Source of the DNA: Bugula neritina
Lineage: Eukaryota > Animalia > Bryozoa
Assembly: GCA_964035545.1 (NCBI GenBank)
Contig: OZ037765.1
Coordinates: 17,980,995-18,044,994, forward strand
Direction of reading: 5' to 3'
Length of the DNA stretch: 64,000 nt
Positions 49,401-59,640 of the stretch are shown here, in pieces. Under the pieces are notes generated by a model, which was not told the origin of the DNA, ran no database searches, and saw only the letters and a program-made list of their open reading frames with translations. How positions within the stretch are numbered: the first letter of the stretch is position 1; every line of letters starts with the position of its first letter. The position numbers and the translations under genes were made by a program.

Positions 49401-50859
49401 GACGACTTAATTGACAACATTAGGACTGCTACTGCACAGGACAATGAACTTATGACACTGACAAACCTTATTAAACATGACTGGAACATTACCAACTGCA
49501 CAACTCACGACAAGTACAAACACTTTCAGGACGAACTATCTATTGACAATGGCATTGTTTACAAAGGACTAAGAGCCATTATTCCAAAGACACTCCAGAG
49601 AAAGTTTCTCCAACTACTTCACACCGGCCATAATGGGATTAACTCCACACTAAGACGTGCCCGCCACACAGTGTTTTGGCTTGGCATCACCAATGACATC
49701 AAAAACAATATTGCTAACTGTCGACAATGTCAACTGGATGCTCCCCGGCAACAGAAGGAAACACTTTTACTCCACACAGTTCCCCAACAACCCTGGACCA
49801 AAGTAGGAATTGACTTGTTTGAATACAATCACACTCACTACATTACTATTGTTGACTATACGACTGACTACCTTGAATACGACCGACTGGACAACCAAAC
49901 AGCAGAGGCTGTTATCAACTCCATAAAGCGCTGTTTTGGACGCCTGGGAATACCCAGACAGGTTCACACTGACAACGGACCACAGTTTACCTCGCACCAG
50001 TTTTCCACTTTCAGCCAATCATGGAATTTCACACACACCACCAGCTCTCCATATCATCCTCAGTCCAATGGGAAGGCAGAGTCTGCTGTGAAGATAGCCA
50101 AACGTATACTCCGCAGATGTGAAGAGCCCGAACTTGCGTTACTGGAACATCTCAACACCACCAAAGAAGGCCTGACGGCCAGCCCAATTCAGCAACTTAT
50201 CGGAAGGCCCACCAGGTCAGTACTCCCACAAGTTCGGCCAGAAACAGAGAACAACCAAGGTTGGTGGGAAAAGCAGGGCTGCAATGAAAAACTGCAGCAG
50301 AGATGCAATGACGGTGCAAGAGATTTGGCAGTGCTGAAAGAAGGGCAACCAGTTTTGGTTCGAGACTGGAGTCAGCACCGGAGAAAATGGCAGGAGGCGC
50401 AAATTAACAAACAATTGAGTAGCAGAGCCTATGCCATACAGCCTAACAATAACCTCTTTCGGAGAAACCGGCGAGACATCAGACCACTCGTCACGGAGCC
50501 AGCGAGTCCTGAGACACCAAAGGATCCTAAACAAAACGCTAGTAGTACCCAGGTTGACACCACCGAGAGCGCCAATCATAGCGACAATCTAAGACGTTCA
50601 ACCAGAGAACCGAAGCCACCTAGTTGGATGGCAGACTATGTGCCCTCTTAAAACAATCATATCTAAATAGCTTTTTTCTATTCTGTGGGAGATGTTCGGT
50701 GTTCATGTAAACATTTATTTCTAATTTGTTATTTTATTATTTTACTATTTTTTGTCATAATCTTAATAATTAATTGTATCACTTATTGTAATAGTTTTAG
50801 TATTTTCTTGTATATATTTTGTGGTAATAAATCACGGCTTCGGCCTCTTACGTTTATCA
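46428..50859 (+). mobile_element. Full-length Ty3/Gypsy (Mag-like) LTR retrotransposon
   Basis: TSD ATGAC (46423-46427, 50860-50864); 5' LTR 46428-46659 (TGTT...AACA); PBS TGGTGCCCCG at 46660, like elongator tRNA-Met; PPT GTGGGAGA; 3' LTR 50693-50859. Confidence 0.95.
46701..50651 (+). CDS. Gag-Pol polyprotein (Gag-CCHC, PR, RT, RNase H, IN), single intact ORF of 1316 aa
   Basis: CGNCG..H....CPAYGKQCNHCKKFNHFAAYC knuckles; protease LDTGAS; RT LPFG..SAPE.FQ and VADDILI; RNase H TDAS, TDHKPL and ADLLSR; integrase HHCC, GIDLF, TDNGPQF and NGKAE. Confidence 0.97.
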   Translation: MEQLLAPKPLADGPNLPEEWKIFKRDFELFLTATSKDTAEGKVKTAYLLRTIGRRGNQIYDSFNWTDNNDKTDYDKVVTQFDDYCKPRINLVAKTHSLLTCKQGNRTIDEFLTELHTIAGLCDLKDMYNRLILQALILGIESDKIRKKLFDLTDFDKAIELCRREEASAIDYKTMTKDNTYGLEQVNLVKHRPPTHQYHSNDTRNTDKHRGQLSHTHSQPNVRRSVGASRCGNCGGNHPPRACPAYGKQCNHCKKFNHFAAYCRSRMHHYRDSTETANQVTWNYSSDSDSQHVSTISTTVRDRKLLAMLTAKQADTIYDIEFQLDTGASCNTLNTIDYDKLGRPKLTPTDTVLTLYDQSKCAPLGWTRIQILNKQGCYTTLKFLVVETTQHSLLSWKSCLHLDLLQMPSTKSENVNFATTDPDLQTLLTNFDDIFTGLGKFEQEYRIELRPEAVPVQVRPRKVPLSMKSDLIKTILELEQRQIIAKVEAPTDWISHLQPVRKPNGKIRICIDPQNLNQAIKRNHAVMPTLEDVLPQLNGAKFFSLCDAKEGFYQIPLAEESTDLTTFWTPIGKYKYLRLPFGIASAPEEFQRRLTENLAGLDGITIVADDILIFGRTRKEHDGNLETLFKRARQTGLRLNKEKSRFLQDELPYIGHILTTNGLKPDPNKVKAILKMKPPSSPQGVKRFLGHITYMSKFISNLASESEPLRRLLTQDNAQDFHWTDDQMNAFNRLKTLLTDSETLQYFDCNKPVTIQTDASNAGVGATLMQGGKPVAYASRSLTKSEQNYVPLELECLAIVFGTERFDQYIFGHHAVTIQTDHKPLVSIFRKSIHKASRRLQAMLLHLQRYPNIKVTWQEGAEQITADLLSRDSYFDSPNYQQLPEHIFHIDSQNNDAPVCDDLIDNIRTATAQDNELMTLTNLIKHDWNITNCTTHDKYKHFQDELSIDNGIVYKGLRAIIPKTLQRKFLQLLHTGHNGINSTLRRARHTVFWLGITNDIKNNIANCRQCQLDAPRQQKETLLLHTVPQQPWTKVGIDLFEYNHTHYITIVDYTTDYLEYDRLDNQTAEAVINSIKRCFGRLGIPRQVHTDNGPQFTSHQFSTFSQSWNFTHTTSSPYHPQSNGKAESAVKIAKRILRRCEEPELALLEHLNTTKEGLTASPIQQLIGRPTRSVLPQVRPETENNQGWWEKQGCNEKLQQRCNDGARDLAVLKEGQPVLVRDWSQHRRKWQEAQINKQLSSRAYAIQPNNNLFRRNRRDIRPLVTEPASPETPKDPKQNASSTQVDTTESANHSDNLRRSTREPKPPSWMADYVPS

Positions 50860-51657
50860 ATGACTATCATTATCATTATGAGTATAGCAATATCATTATG
50901 AGTTAGCATTAGCTATAACTATAACTATAAGTATAAGTATATATGAATATGTTAGTATTTATATTATTAATAATGATCATGATGATAGTAATACTAATAC
51001 TAATTATGATTATTTACTAATGCTTAACAAGTTCAACCAATGCTATGAGTATCAGCATGAACATAACAATTATTATTATAATTATAAGTATAACTATGCT
51101 TGGATAGTAATAATAATACTAATAGTATAAATGATAAACATAGTAATACTCATACTGGTGCTCATGAGAATAGCCCCAGGTCAAATTCAAGGTGCATTTT
51201 TATTTTACCTCTAGGCTTACAGTTGCACTTAAAGTGAATCTTTCAATGGAATTTTAGTTATACCTACCATTAGTATTGCTAATAGTAATAAATTAGTAAC
51301 AGTCACTCTGAGCTACTCTGACTCTACTCTTAGGTTAAATGAAATTTCTAGTACTTCAGCTGATGCAATCATTCCTTTTTTATTGAACAGATGACAATCT
51401 GTAAAACTAATATCATAATGATCTATCAATGTAATTTTTCAGCAGTGTAGATGTCAAGTTGTAGTTGATGTTATACTGTACTTATTAGGTTGCTGCTTAC
51501 ATTTATTGTTGTAAACTTGTTGTTAGTCTCACATAATAAGCTCTAACTGCTCTAAAGTTACTGTTGTAAAACATTAGATTTCTCAATCATTATATAAATT
51601 ACCATGGGGTTTTCGCTACACACTATGAATTCTATTGTAGTTCCATATCCTTCAATA

Positions 51658-54200
51658 ATGGACAAAATGGAATTTGAGGAAAATATTTATTATGAGCAAT
51701 TGGAAAACCGTAAGTAAAGCAGTTGTATTTAGCTAAACCCATGACATTTAGTCACTTAGTCATTTATTAACTTTATTTTAAAAACTTTTAACGGTAATCT
51801 TTCTCATAACTATGCACCTATTGGCATTAGCTATTACAATTATCCATTCATAACAAACTAACCAACATAGTGATAGTGGTAATCTCCAATTATATAAAAG
51901 TAATATTGATTTGCTAAAGTTTTATAGTTGGATGTACATATTTTTTGGAAGACATAGGTATTTACACTAATTTCAAATGCTCTTCAACTAACACACACAG
52001 AGAGCCTCATTATACGCGTTTAAAATAATTTTCTTTACTATCCACATCACATTCCGTTCTTGAATACATATATTTCTGTCAAATCAAATTGTTAAACTTT
52101 GAACATGTTTAAAGGCTTTATGGATTATTCCGGAGTTGTTGGTACGGATGCAAGTGTTATAGAAAGCCTTATATACTTGTAATATTTACAGAGTTAAACA
52201 CTTCAGTTTTTACATTGTAGCCGATGTATTTGAAGTTACTGTAGCAGGGAATCCGGCAGCTGAGAAGTGCAAACTTCAGGGTGTTTATGATTTGCATATA
52301 AACACAGAAAGTTTAGCAATAGTGGATAAAAGCCAAAATAAGAGATTATATACTTGGCCATATAGGTACATTCGGAGATATGGAAAGTCATTAACCAATT
52401 TTCAATTTGAAGCTGGGCGTAAATGTCATTCAGGTGAGCTGAAACTGATGAATGTTAAAACAGTGTTTGCAAACTTGTCCTCGTTTAAGTTGGGTAGTCT
52501 ATTTTCTGGGTGAATTTTAGAGTCAATTGTTTTCTGTAGAAGCGAATGGAAACTGATTACCTCAGGTTTGTACTATGGTAAAAACACCTTTCTGTACTGG
52601 TTAGAGGGTGCTATTATTAGATTCTGTGGGATAAATATATAGCATGTTAAACAGCACAGCAGCTTCAAGGCCATCTCTTTAGCATTTAGCTGATATTTAG
52701 GTGTCACCAGTTGTTATATGTAGTGTCTATAGTAACTGATTTTGATTGGTTCTTCTAGAATCTAGACCAACTTCAAACCATTAATTTGGTACAGTAATTC
52801 AGGCAACTACAAATATCAGGTCTTTTTATAGATCTAAATTTTTATCATTTCAAGAAAACCCACATCATTAAGTATGAAGGTTATCAATGCACTACCATGT
52901 CTAAAGGCAGTACTCACCCAAACATAAAAAATCATTGTAATAATATATAATTTCTATTTCTCAATTGTAATACTTTATTTTACTACAATTGTAGAATAGC
53001 AAATTTGCTTAACCTAATGAAAACTGATTTATTCAGTATTGTACATTATCAACTTTCAAAGCTCAATTTTTTTATGGTTGATTCTGTCTAATATAGACTA
53101 GGTTTTGCCTAAAGCTGTGGAAAAAAAAGTATCAAGTTTGGCAAGAGGATTCATGTTATCATTGTCCTTTACAGTGCAGCAGAAACTAAACAGACAATTT
53201 TTTTTGACCAAACAAAATAAATTGTTTTATTGTGTTTCATCCATGCTCATGTTTAGAAACAATGTTGGTTCAAGAAAATTTTGCCAGGTGTGTTTTAGCT
53301 TTTATATATTGCTGATTTTGTGATTCTAATGAGAGGCATTAAAACTATGATGTGTTGCTAGTAAGTAACCCAACTATTGGTCTCCCATCTGCATGTTAAC
53401 CCAAGTATATAAGAGAAAACCATTTTAGTGTGTGCTAATTACCTTTCTCCCTTGTATTCACAGTCGAATAAAAAATTGGAATTGTTCATTATTTGTTTTT
53501 GGTACAACAGGTTGAATTATGTACAGGCTCTTTTTGCCACAAGCATCTATACTTATTTGTGCATCCAGTTGCATGGTGATTAGATATTATGTTATTAATA
53601 GTGAGTGTTGCATTTACAGTAGCCAACGTACTGTTGTGTATTAATGTATATGTAAACATATTATTATTCCCAGGTGAAGGTCTATTCTCGTTGCTAACGA
53701 AGGAGGGAGATAGTGAGAAGGTATTCAATCTGGTACAATTTAAATTTAACGCAATGAAAAAACGAGATAGAGAGTTTCATGGTCACTCAAGTCCATCTGG
53801 TGATGGTACTAAAAAACCACCTATGTTGCATGTTCGGCAATACGAAAACAGTAGCCTTGGTTCACCTACAGCTGAATTAGCTTCTCCAAGCTCAACAAAA
53901 CCTAAGCCACCATTAGCACCAAAGCCAAGTATTAAAAAACCAACAGTCGCTGGCGGCGAGAAAATACCAAACGCTGAACCAGTTCCCAAGTCTGCCTCTC
54001 AGATCAATGACATGCTAATGAGGGAAAGCAGAGATCTGTTAAGTGGGGAAGATGCAGAAACTGATGGCACATACAGTGTTATAGGCGTGTCTGTTGTACG
54101 TGACGATACGGCCCAATATAGTGCTGTCTATTCAAGGCCGTCGGTCCAGCCTGCTTATGGTGGGAGTGAAGATACATACGACGAAGTGCAACTTAATTAG
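51658..54200 (+). CDS. DOK-family/IRS-type PTB adaptor protein (about 263 aa)
   Basis: Exons 51658-51709, 52221-52433 and 53674-54200 are in frame: EENIYY...FEVTV...WPYRYIRRYG...FQFEAGRKCHSGEGLF, then a Pro-rich segment and Tyr motifs YSVI, YSAV, YSRP, YDEV. Candidate non-coding exon 1 ends at 45642 (GTAAGT). Confidence 0.85.
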
Positions 54201-56444
54201 CTTCCATTTTCTATTTTAATATTGTATAAAGTTATTTTATTTTTGGAGATACGATTTGCTGGGAAACATTATACAGCTGCTCAGCATATTATATCAATTC
54301 TCTTGAGTTTTATATAATTATTTTTATAATGTAGCATCTTATTGTAATAAAGAGAAGTTGTTAATATTGCTTAATATATTAGAATACTGCTGAGCCATGG
54401 GTTTCTTGATGGCAAACCAAATATTTGGTTAGTAGATAAGATTTAACCAATTTCATTGGTTTGCTGAAAACTAGTGCATGTATACTGATTTGCACATAAA
54501 CTACATACACGTATTAAATGAGTTTTGCTATTACCAAGTAGGATGGTCTATTAGGATAGTATGCTGGCCAGACAATACTTGGAAATATTATATGGATTAC
54601 GTGACTTGTTTCAGTTGTTACTGAGAATTAGGACTGCAGTTCAGTTTGGTATCTAAAAGTTTCTACTTGGGGACATTTTCATAGCCTTTCCTATATTTAC
54701 CCAAATGGGCTCTACTAAATCTGCAATTATAATTTCTTTATTGCAATAGTGTGCAGGACAAATCCTCACTTGAACCTTGAGTGTTAGCAGTGAAGAAATA
54801 ACTCGTGCTTAATGGTGCTCAAGATTTTATAATAATTTTAAATTTTGACAACTCACTATTCCATATGATAAATACTAATTTCTATCAGTGCAAAAGACAA
54901 AAAAAAACTTAAACAGTTTGAGATTTCTATCATGTTGGCTAATTGTTCTTGAAATTAATTGCCAACAAACTTTGTGAAACTGTAACACAAGTGGAAATAA
55001 AAGCGTGTTTTGTTTTGGCTGGTTATGTTGAAGCAGAATTTTCAGAATTACCGTAACAAAAAAACTATTGGCATTGTGAAAGTTGTAAACAATAACAATT
55101 ACAGGTGGTTACTATTAGACCAACAAAAAGTGCATGGTAGTCAGCAGGCCTGAGGAACACGTTGGCTCTCTGCTTACTCCTTGACCCTGTGTGTTTCAAG
55201 TCAACCTTATAGCAACTGCTTTCAAGTGATATTTTTGCATTGATTTAGCCAAATATGTAACTTGCACTTTATATAAAGTCAGATTCAATGTCATGAACAT
55301 TAGTTATGATTTCTGCACTGTTGAAAATAACTCAAAGAAGTCTCTAGCAATGAAAAACTAACAGTAGGCCAGAAAACATGTGAATGTTGTAAATGGTAAA
55401 TCAATTGCAAAAATTTTAAAGAAAAAGATAGCATGTAAGAGATCTAAACTTCAAGGTGCATGTATTAAAATTCTTACACCTGTATGTTTAAAATAGCATT
55501 TTGCAATTTTGTAAAAGTTTGTTCGCTAAGTTGAGCTCAGTTTTTAAAACAATATCAGAAGACATAACAAAAGATTTGCAAAACACATTACAGATCACAT
55601 TGCACTTGTAGCTAGACCTTGATAAATACATTTTTATAGTCTCCAAATATGATTGGCAGGATTTTGTTGAGAAAAAAATTGTAATAGGTTAAACTTTGAC
55701 TTCTAAGCTTATTTTACAATGTCTATTCCCCTGTTGGCTAATATCAACTCCTTGAAGATGGAAGTTGTTCTCTGAATAAACCTGATGAGAGATAGCTAAA
55801 CTAGATATCAACAAAATTTAGGTATTCGTTGTTACTTAAAACACTTTATTGTTTTCAAGACAATTATGTAATAAATATATAATGAATATAATACTATATG
55901 GAAATGAATAGCTAGTATTATTTGTGTTTAAAACTAATATTAGAAGACTGGTGGTTATTTGGGCAACCAGGTCATGATAATAATAATTATTAGTAAACAA
56001 AATAAATCAACATGGATAGTTTTAGCAGATAAAATTATTAAAAAAATAACTATAATTGAAATGGCAGTAAAATCCTATTTATAAAGCATTAGGCGCACTA
56101 TATGTAATAAATTAATACAAAAATAAATATGAATGAAAATACAACAAAACTAAGGATTATAGCAGCTAGGGACACTATATCCAATATATTGATGCTTTTT
56201 GAAATTCAACAGAAACTGTTTTCACCATTCAAAAAGGATCACTCAGCAAAGTTAAGAACTTTTGGAAATATGCAAATATAATGCATTATTTGCACTTTAC
56301 AATTATATAATATATTTTTCATAAGGAACTAGCTTTTTCCAAAGCAAATTGGCAAAGTTCTTTAAATAAATTTACCTCATTTACATAATTATTAGATAGA
56401 AGATAGTTCTTGGAGTAAAGTTGTATAATAAGAATGTAATATGT

Positions 56445-57749
56445 TTATGCAACTGCTTCCTCACTTCTTGAAATGTCATCGCTTAGTAGTGAGTTACATG
56501 TATTCCTTGATCTGTCTTCCATGAGTAATGGTGAAGATGCAGCAGGATTAAGTCGCTGCTCATATGGTTTGCCACGCTCACTATTTCTCTGATTGATTGA
56601 ATTCACAGAATAGTTGCTACACGTGTTTGACCGTTTCTGCGCATTTGAAGTTGTTGGCTTCAAAGAAGTGAGCATAGTTGACACACGACGAACTCCTGCA
56701 CTGTTGGAAAGTTTGAATTTACAAAATAGAGAAACAAATGTTGATCGGAATTGTCTACTCATGGTTGTATAGAGAATGAAGTTGCCATTAAAAGTGATGA
56801 TTCTTATCATTTCACTCATATCTCTTGTTAGATCGTAATAATGATCAAACTGTCGATTAGTCCTTGCATATATTAGAAACACTCCTTCTGGAAGCTCATA
56901 GAGAAGAAAGATCATCACCACTGCCAGCAACATAGCTGTAGTACGACAATATTCTTGGTGGCGGGACGATTCCTCTACCTTCCCTTTGCTTAGTAATTTT
57001 ATCCTGTTCTGTTCGGCCGTGCGCATCAAATGAATGAGAGGTATTGTAAGTGCAGTTAATAAAACTGTTGGCAGAAACTTTGCTACCACTGCAAACAATG
57101 GCGCATTGAAATTTAAATTTTCTTTGGCCCGAACTGTGTAGAACTCTTTCAGCCCACCTTCACAATAATTTATGGGGAAACTTATAATCTGCGTATCTAA
57201 CCAAGTTGGTATAGCAAATAAGAGGTTGGCAATAATTAAAACAGCGGAACAGATTCGAGTATTTTTCATGGTGAGAATAGTTTTTCCGTTGGCAATACTT
57301 AGCATTATCCATCTAAATCCTGCAACTGCTATCGTATGCCATACAGCAATAAAATGAAAAAGTATTACAAGAACTCGAGAAACTTGCATAAACCTGATAG
57401 AAAACTCATCTTCATTAAAGTATGGGTCAGAATCAGGCACATAGTTCACTATAAATAGAAGAATAGTGCTCGGTAAATATGCGGCAATAAGTGACATTTC
57501 GGCTATGGCAATAACAACCATTAAAAAGTTAATTGAAGAGTTTGCTATTTTCTTTTGTGATAAAACTATGACATTTGCCAGGTTTGAAAGAAACCCACAA
57601 GTGCAGACAACTATTGAAAGGTATCCATGAACTGACTGATAGGCACCAATATTATGATAAAACTGCTTTTGTCCACTAGTCAAATTGTCAAATTGACTAG
57701 TGTGGTCCCAGCAAGTCATATTTGAGAGCTCGTCTGTGCTAGAATTCAT
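56445..57749 (-). CDS. Class A peptide GPCR (myosuppressin/DMSR/sex-peptide/FMRFamide-receptor-like)
   Basis: 434 aa with seven hydrophobic segments and N-terminal N-glycosylation sites; motifs HGYLSIVVC..G..N.AN, RTTAMLLAV..IFL..ELP.G and NFILY..MSRQFR..F. Confidence 0.9.
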   Translation of the reverse strand: MNSSTDELSNMTCWDHTSQFDNLTSGQKQFYHNIGAYQSVHGYLSIVVCTCGFLSNLANVIVLSQKKIANSSINFLMVVIAIAEMSLIAAYLPSTILLFIVNYVPDSDPYFNEDEFSIRFMQVSRVLVILFHFIAVWHTIAVAGFRWIMLSIANGKTILTMKNTRICSAVLIIANLLFAIPTWLDTQIISFPINYCEGGLKEFYTVRAKENLNFNAPLFAVVAKFLPTVLLTALTIPLIHLMRTAEQNRIKLLSKGKVEESSRHQEYCRTTAMLLAVVMIFLLYELPEGVFLIYARTNRQFDHYYDLTRDMSEMIRIITFNGNFILYTTMSRQFRSTFVSLFCKFKLSNSAGVRRVSTMLTSLKPTTSNAQKRSNTCSNYSVNSINQRNSERGKPYEQRLNPAASSPLLMEDRSRNTCNSLLSDDISRSEEAVA

Positions 57750-59049
57750 CTTTAGTCCTGCAGATATCTAAAAACATAAGATATTACTGAATGAAAAACA
57801 TTATTGTATCAGTCTACCTTGATAAATAAAATGCTCCTCATTTACTTTTTTTAATTAAATTGCTAGCCTGTAATGGTATATTTAAAAAATAGTATTAATA
57901 TTAAATGGCTGCCGTTGCTTGTTGGCCTTGATCATTATACACTATTATTGTACAATGCATGACCTCAAACTAAAGAAAAAGCTATAGATTTTGGCTCCAG
58001 TTCAGGTTTCTAATTATCAGTCTAAAGCATACACTCAACTGTTTTAATTAGTATGCCAATGACCTCTATTGCTACTAATATTTGCTAAGACTTTGGTTTC
58101 ACTGAGCGACAGCTTTTATGCATCCTCTTCCTATTAGAAAAACAAGTCCATGCAAATTAGCTTCAATATACTTAATTAAACAAGAATTGATTCAGTATTA
58201 CAGCTATACATATTTAAAATGACTTGCAAATTAATTTATGTTTGATTGAAGACTAACTTTATAAACAATTGTAGCTGCACAGTGACGCAGATCAATCAAC
58301 ATTTCATTATTTTTTGTATGAATAACCAAATTAGTGTGTGCATATGCACAAATAAGAGCAGGAAAGTAGACTTGTACATAATAATTAAGGCTTGATAATT
58401 GATTGCAGTCTGGCCATGCCTTCAAGTCATCTATTATAACATTGATACTAAGTAATTAACATTGCTGCTATAAACTGAATTTTCTAAAAAGAAATTAATT
58501 GCAATACTAAGCTAAAGTAAAAACAATTTTATGCAACCCAATGTCCTGACAACTTAACCTTTAGGGGACCAGCTTCACTTTTTATTAAATTTGTTCTATT
58601 ATGTAACATAATTGCTGGCAATTATCAATTCTGTACAGTAAATGACCCAACAAAGTTTATAGTTGTTGCAGCCCTAAATCTCGTCTTTACATACAGCCAT
58701 TGAAACCATCATTGCTACAATTTCTTCATATAAAAGCAGTGTTTTGATATGTGCACAATAAATATTGTTTTTTATTATTGAAGACAATAACTGTTAATTT
58801 AAATATCTCATTTTTGAATTAACTCAATAGATAGAAAAGTGAAAAATAAACTTCATGTTGAGTTACTGCAAACTCTAGAATTATTTTTGCCAATTACAGC
58901 AGTTTTTGGAAATCTTTATCACAATACTACAACATACACACAACTATATTTTTAAATCTAAAGCCAAACTAATATATATATATACAGGTTAATCCAATAC
59001 GCCCTAGGGCATTAAATGGGTATGCATATAGGTTTCATACTAAAATCAT

Positions 59050-59640
59050 CAAACAGGCATGATGGATTTAAATGGTACAGGGAGAGTAAAATGTTTGGCT
59101 ACATTAGGGAATCGGGATCTTGCCCTTCAAGTATAGGTCTCATTCTGTTGTAAAAGGAAAACTTAAATTGGTCTAGACCAAAATGTGGGTTGAGTGTTCC
59201 CCAACATGTTAAATATGAAGTATTAAAAGAAATATAATCAATAAGCTGTACTTCATATAAACCAAACTCAATTCTTTTTAGAAAGTTCAAATCTAGGTGT
59301 TGTCTTCTTTCTTTGAGTTGTTCTATATTGTTTTTTATCATGCACTCTGTACGCCCACTTAACAGCCCGTCTCTGAACTGTTTCCACCTTGTCTATTAAT
59401 GTTTTAATGTAGGGTGACCATACCTGACTAGCATACTCAAGAACTGGTCGGACAACGGTATTAAAGGCTATCATTTTTGTCTCGGTACTAGCGCTAAACA
59501 GGCATCTTCCTATCATTGCTAACAATTTGTTTCCCTTTTTAACAGCGTTTATTGTATGTTCATGTCACTTGAGGTCACTTTGAATGTATACACCTAAGTA
59601 TTTTAAACTGCAGGTTTGGGGTATGATTTCAAGCTCAAGC
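59050..59640 (-). mobile_element. Decayed 5'-truncated LINE RT C-terminal fragment
   Basis: KYLGVYIQSDLK...KMIAFNTVVRPVLEYASQVWSP...VETVQRRAVKW, with stops and frameshifts; same group as the 35050 fragment. Confidence 0.85.

Noticed and set aside
39327-50859. The two neighbouring LTR elements are almost the same length (4442 vs 4432 bp), hinting at a helper/satellite pair in which the Mag-like element supplies RT
   Set aside because: They differ in lineage, LTR sequence and primer tRNA (Pro vs Met), and share no visible cis sequence. The size match is best treated as coincidence.
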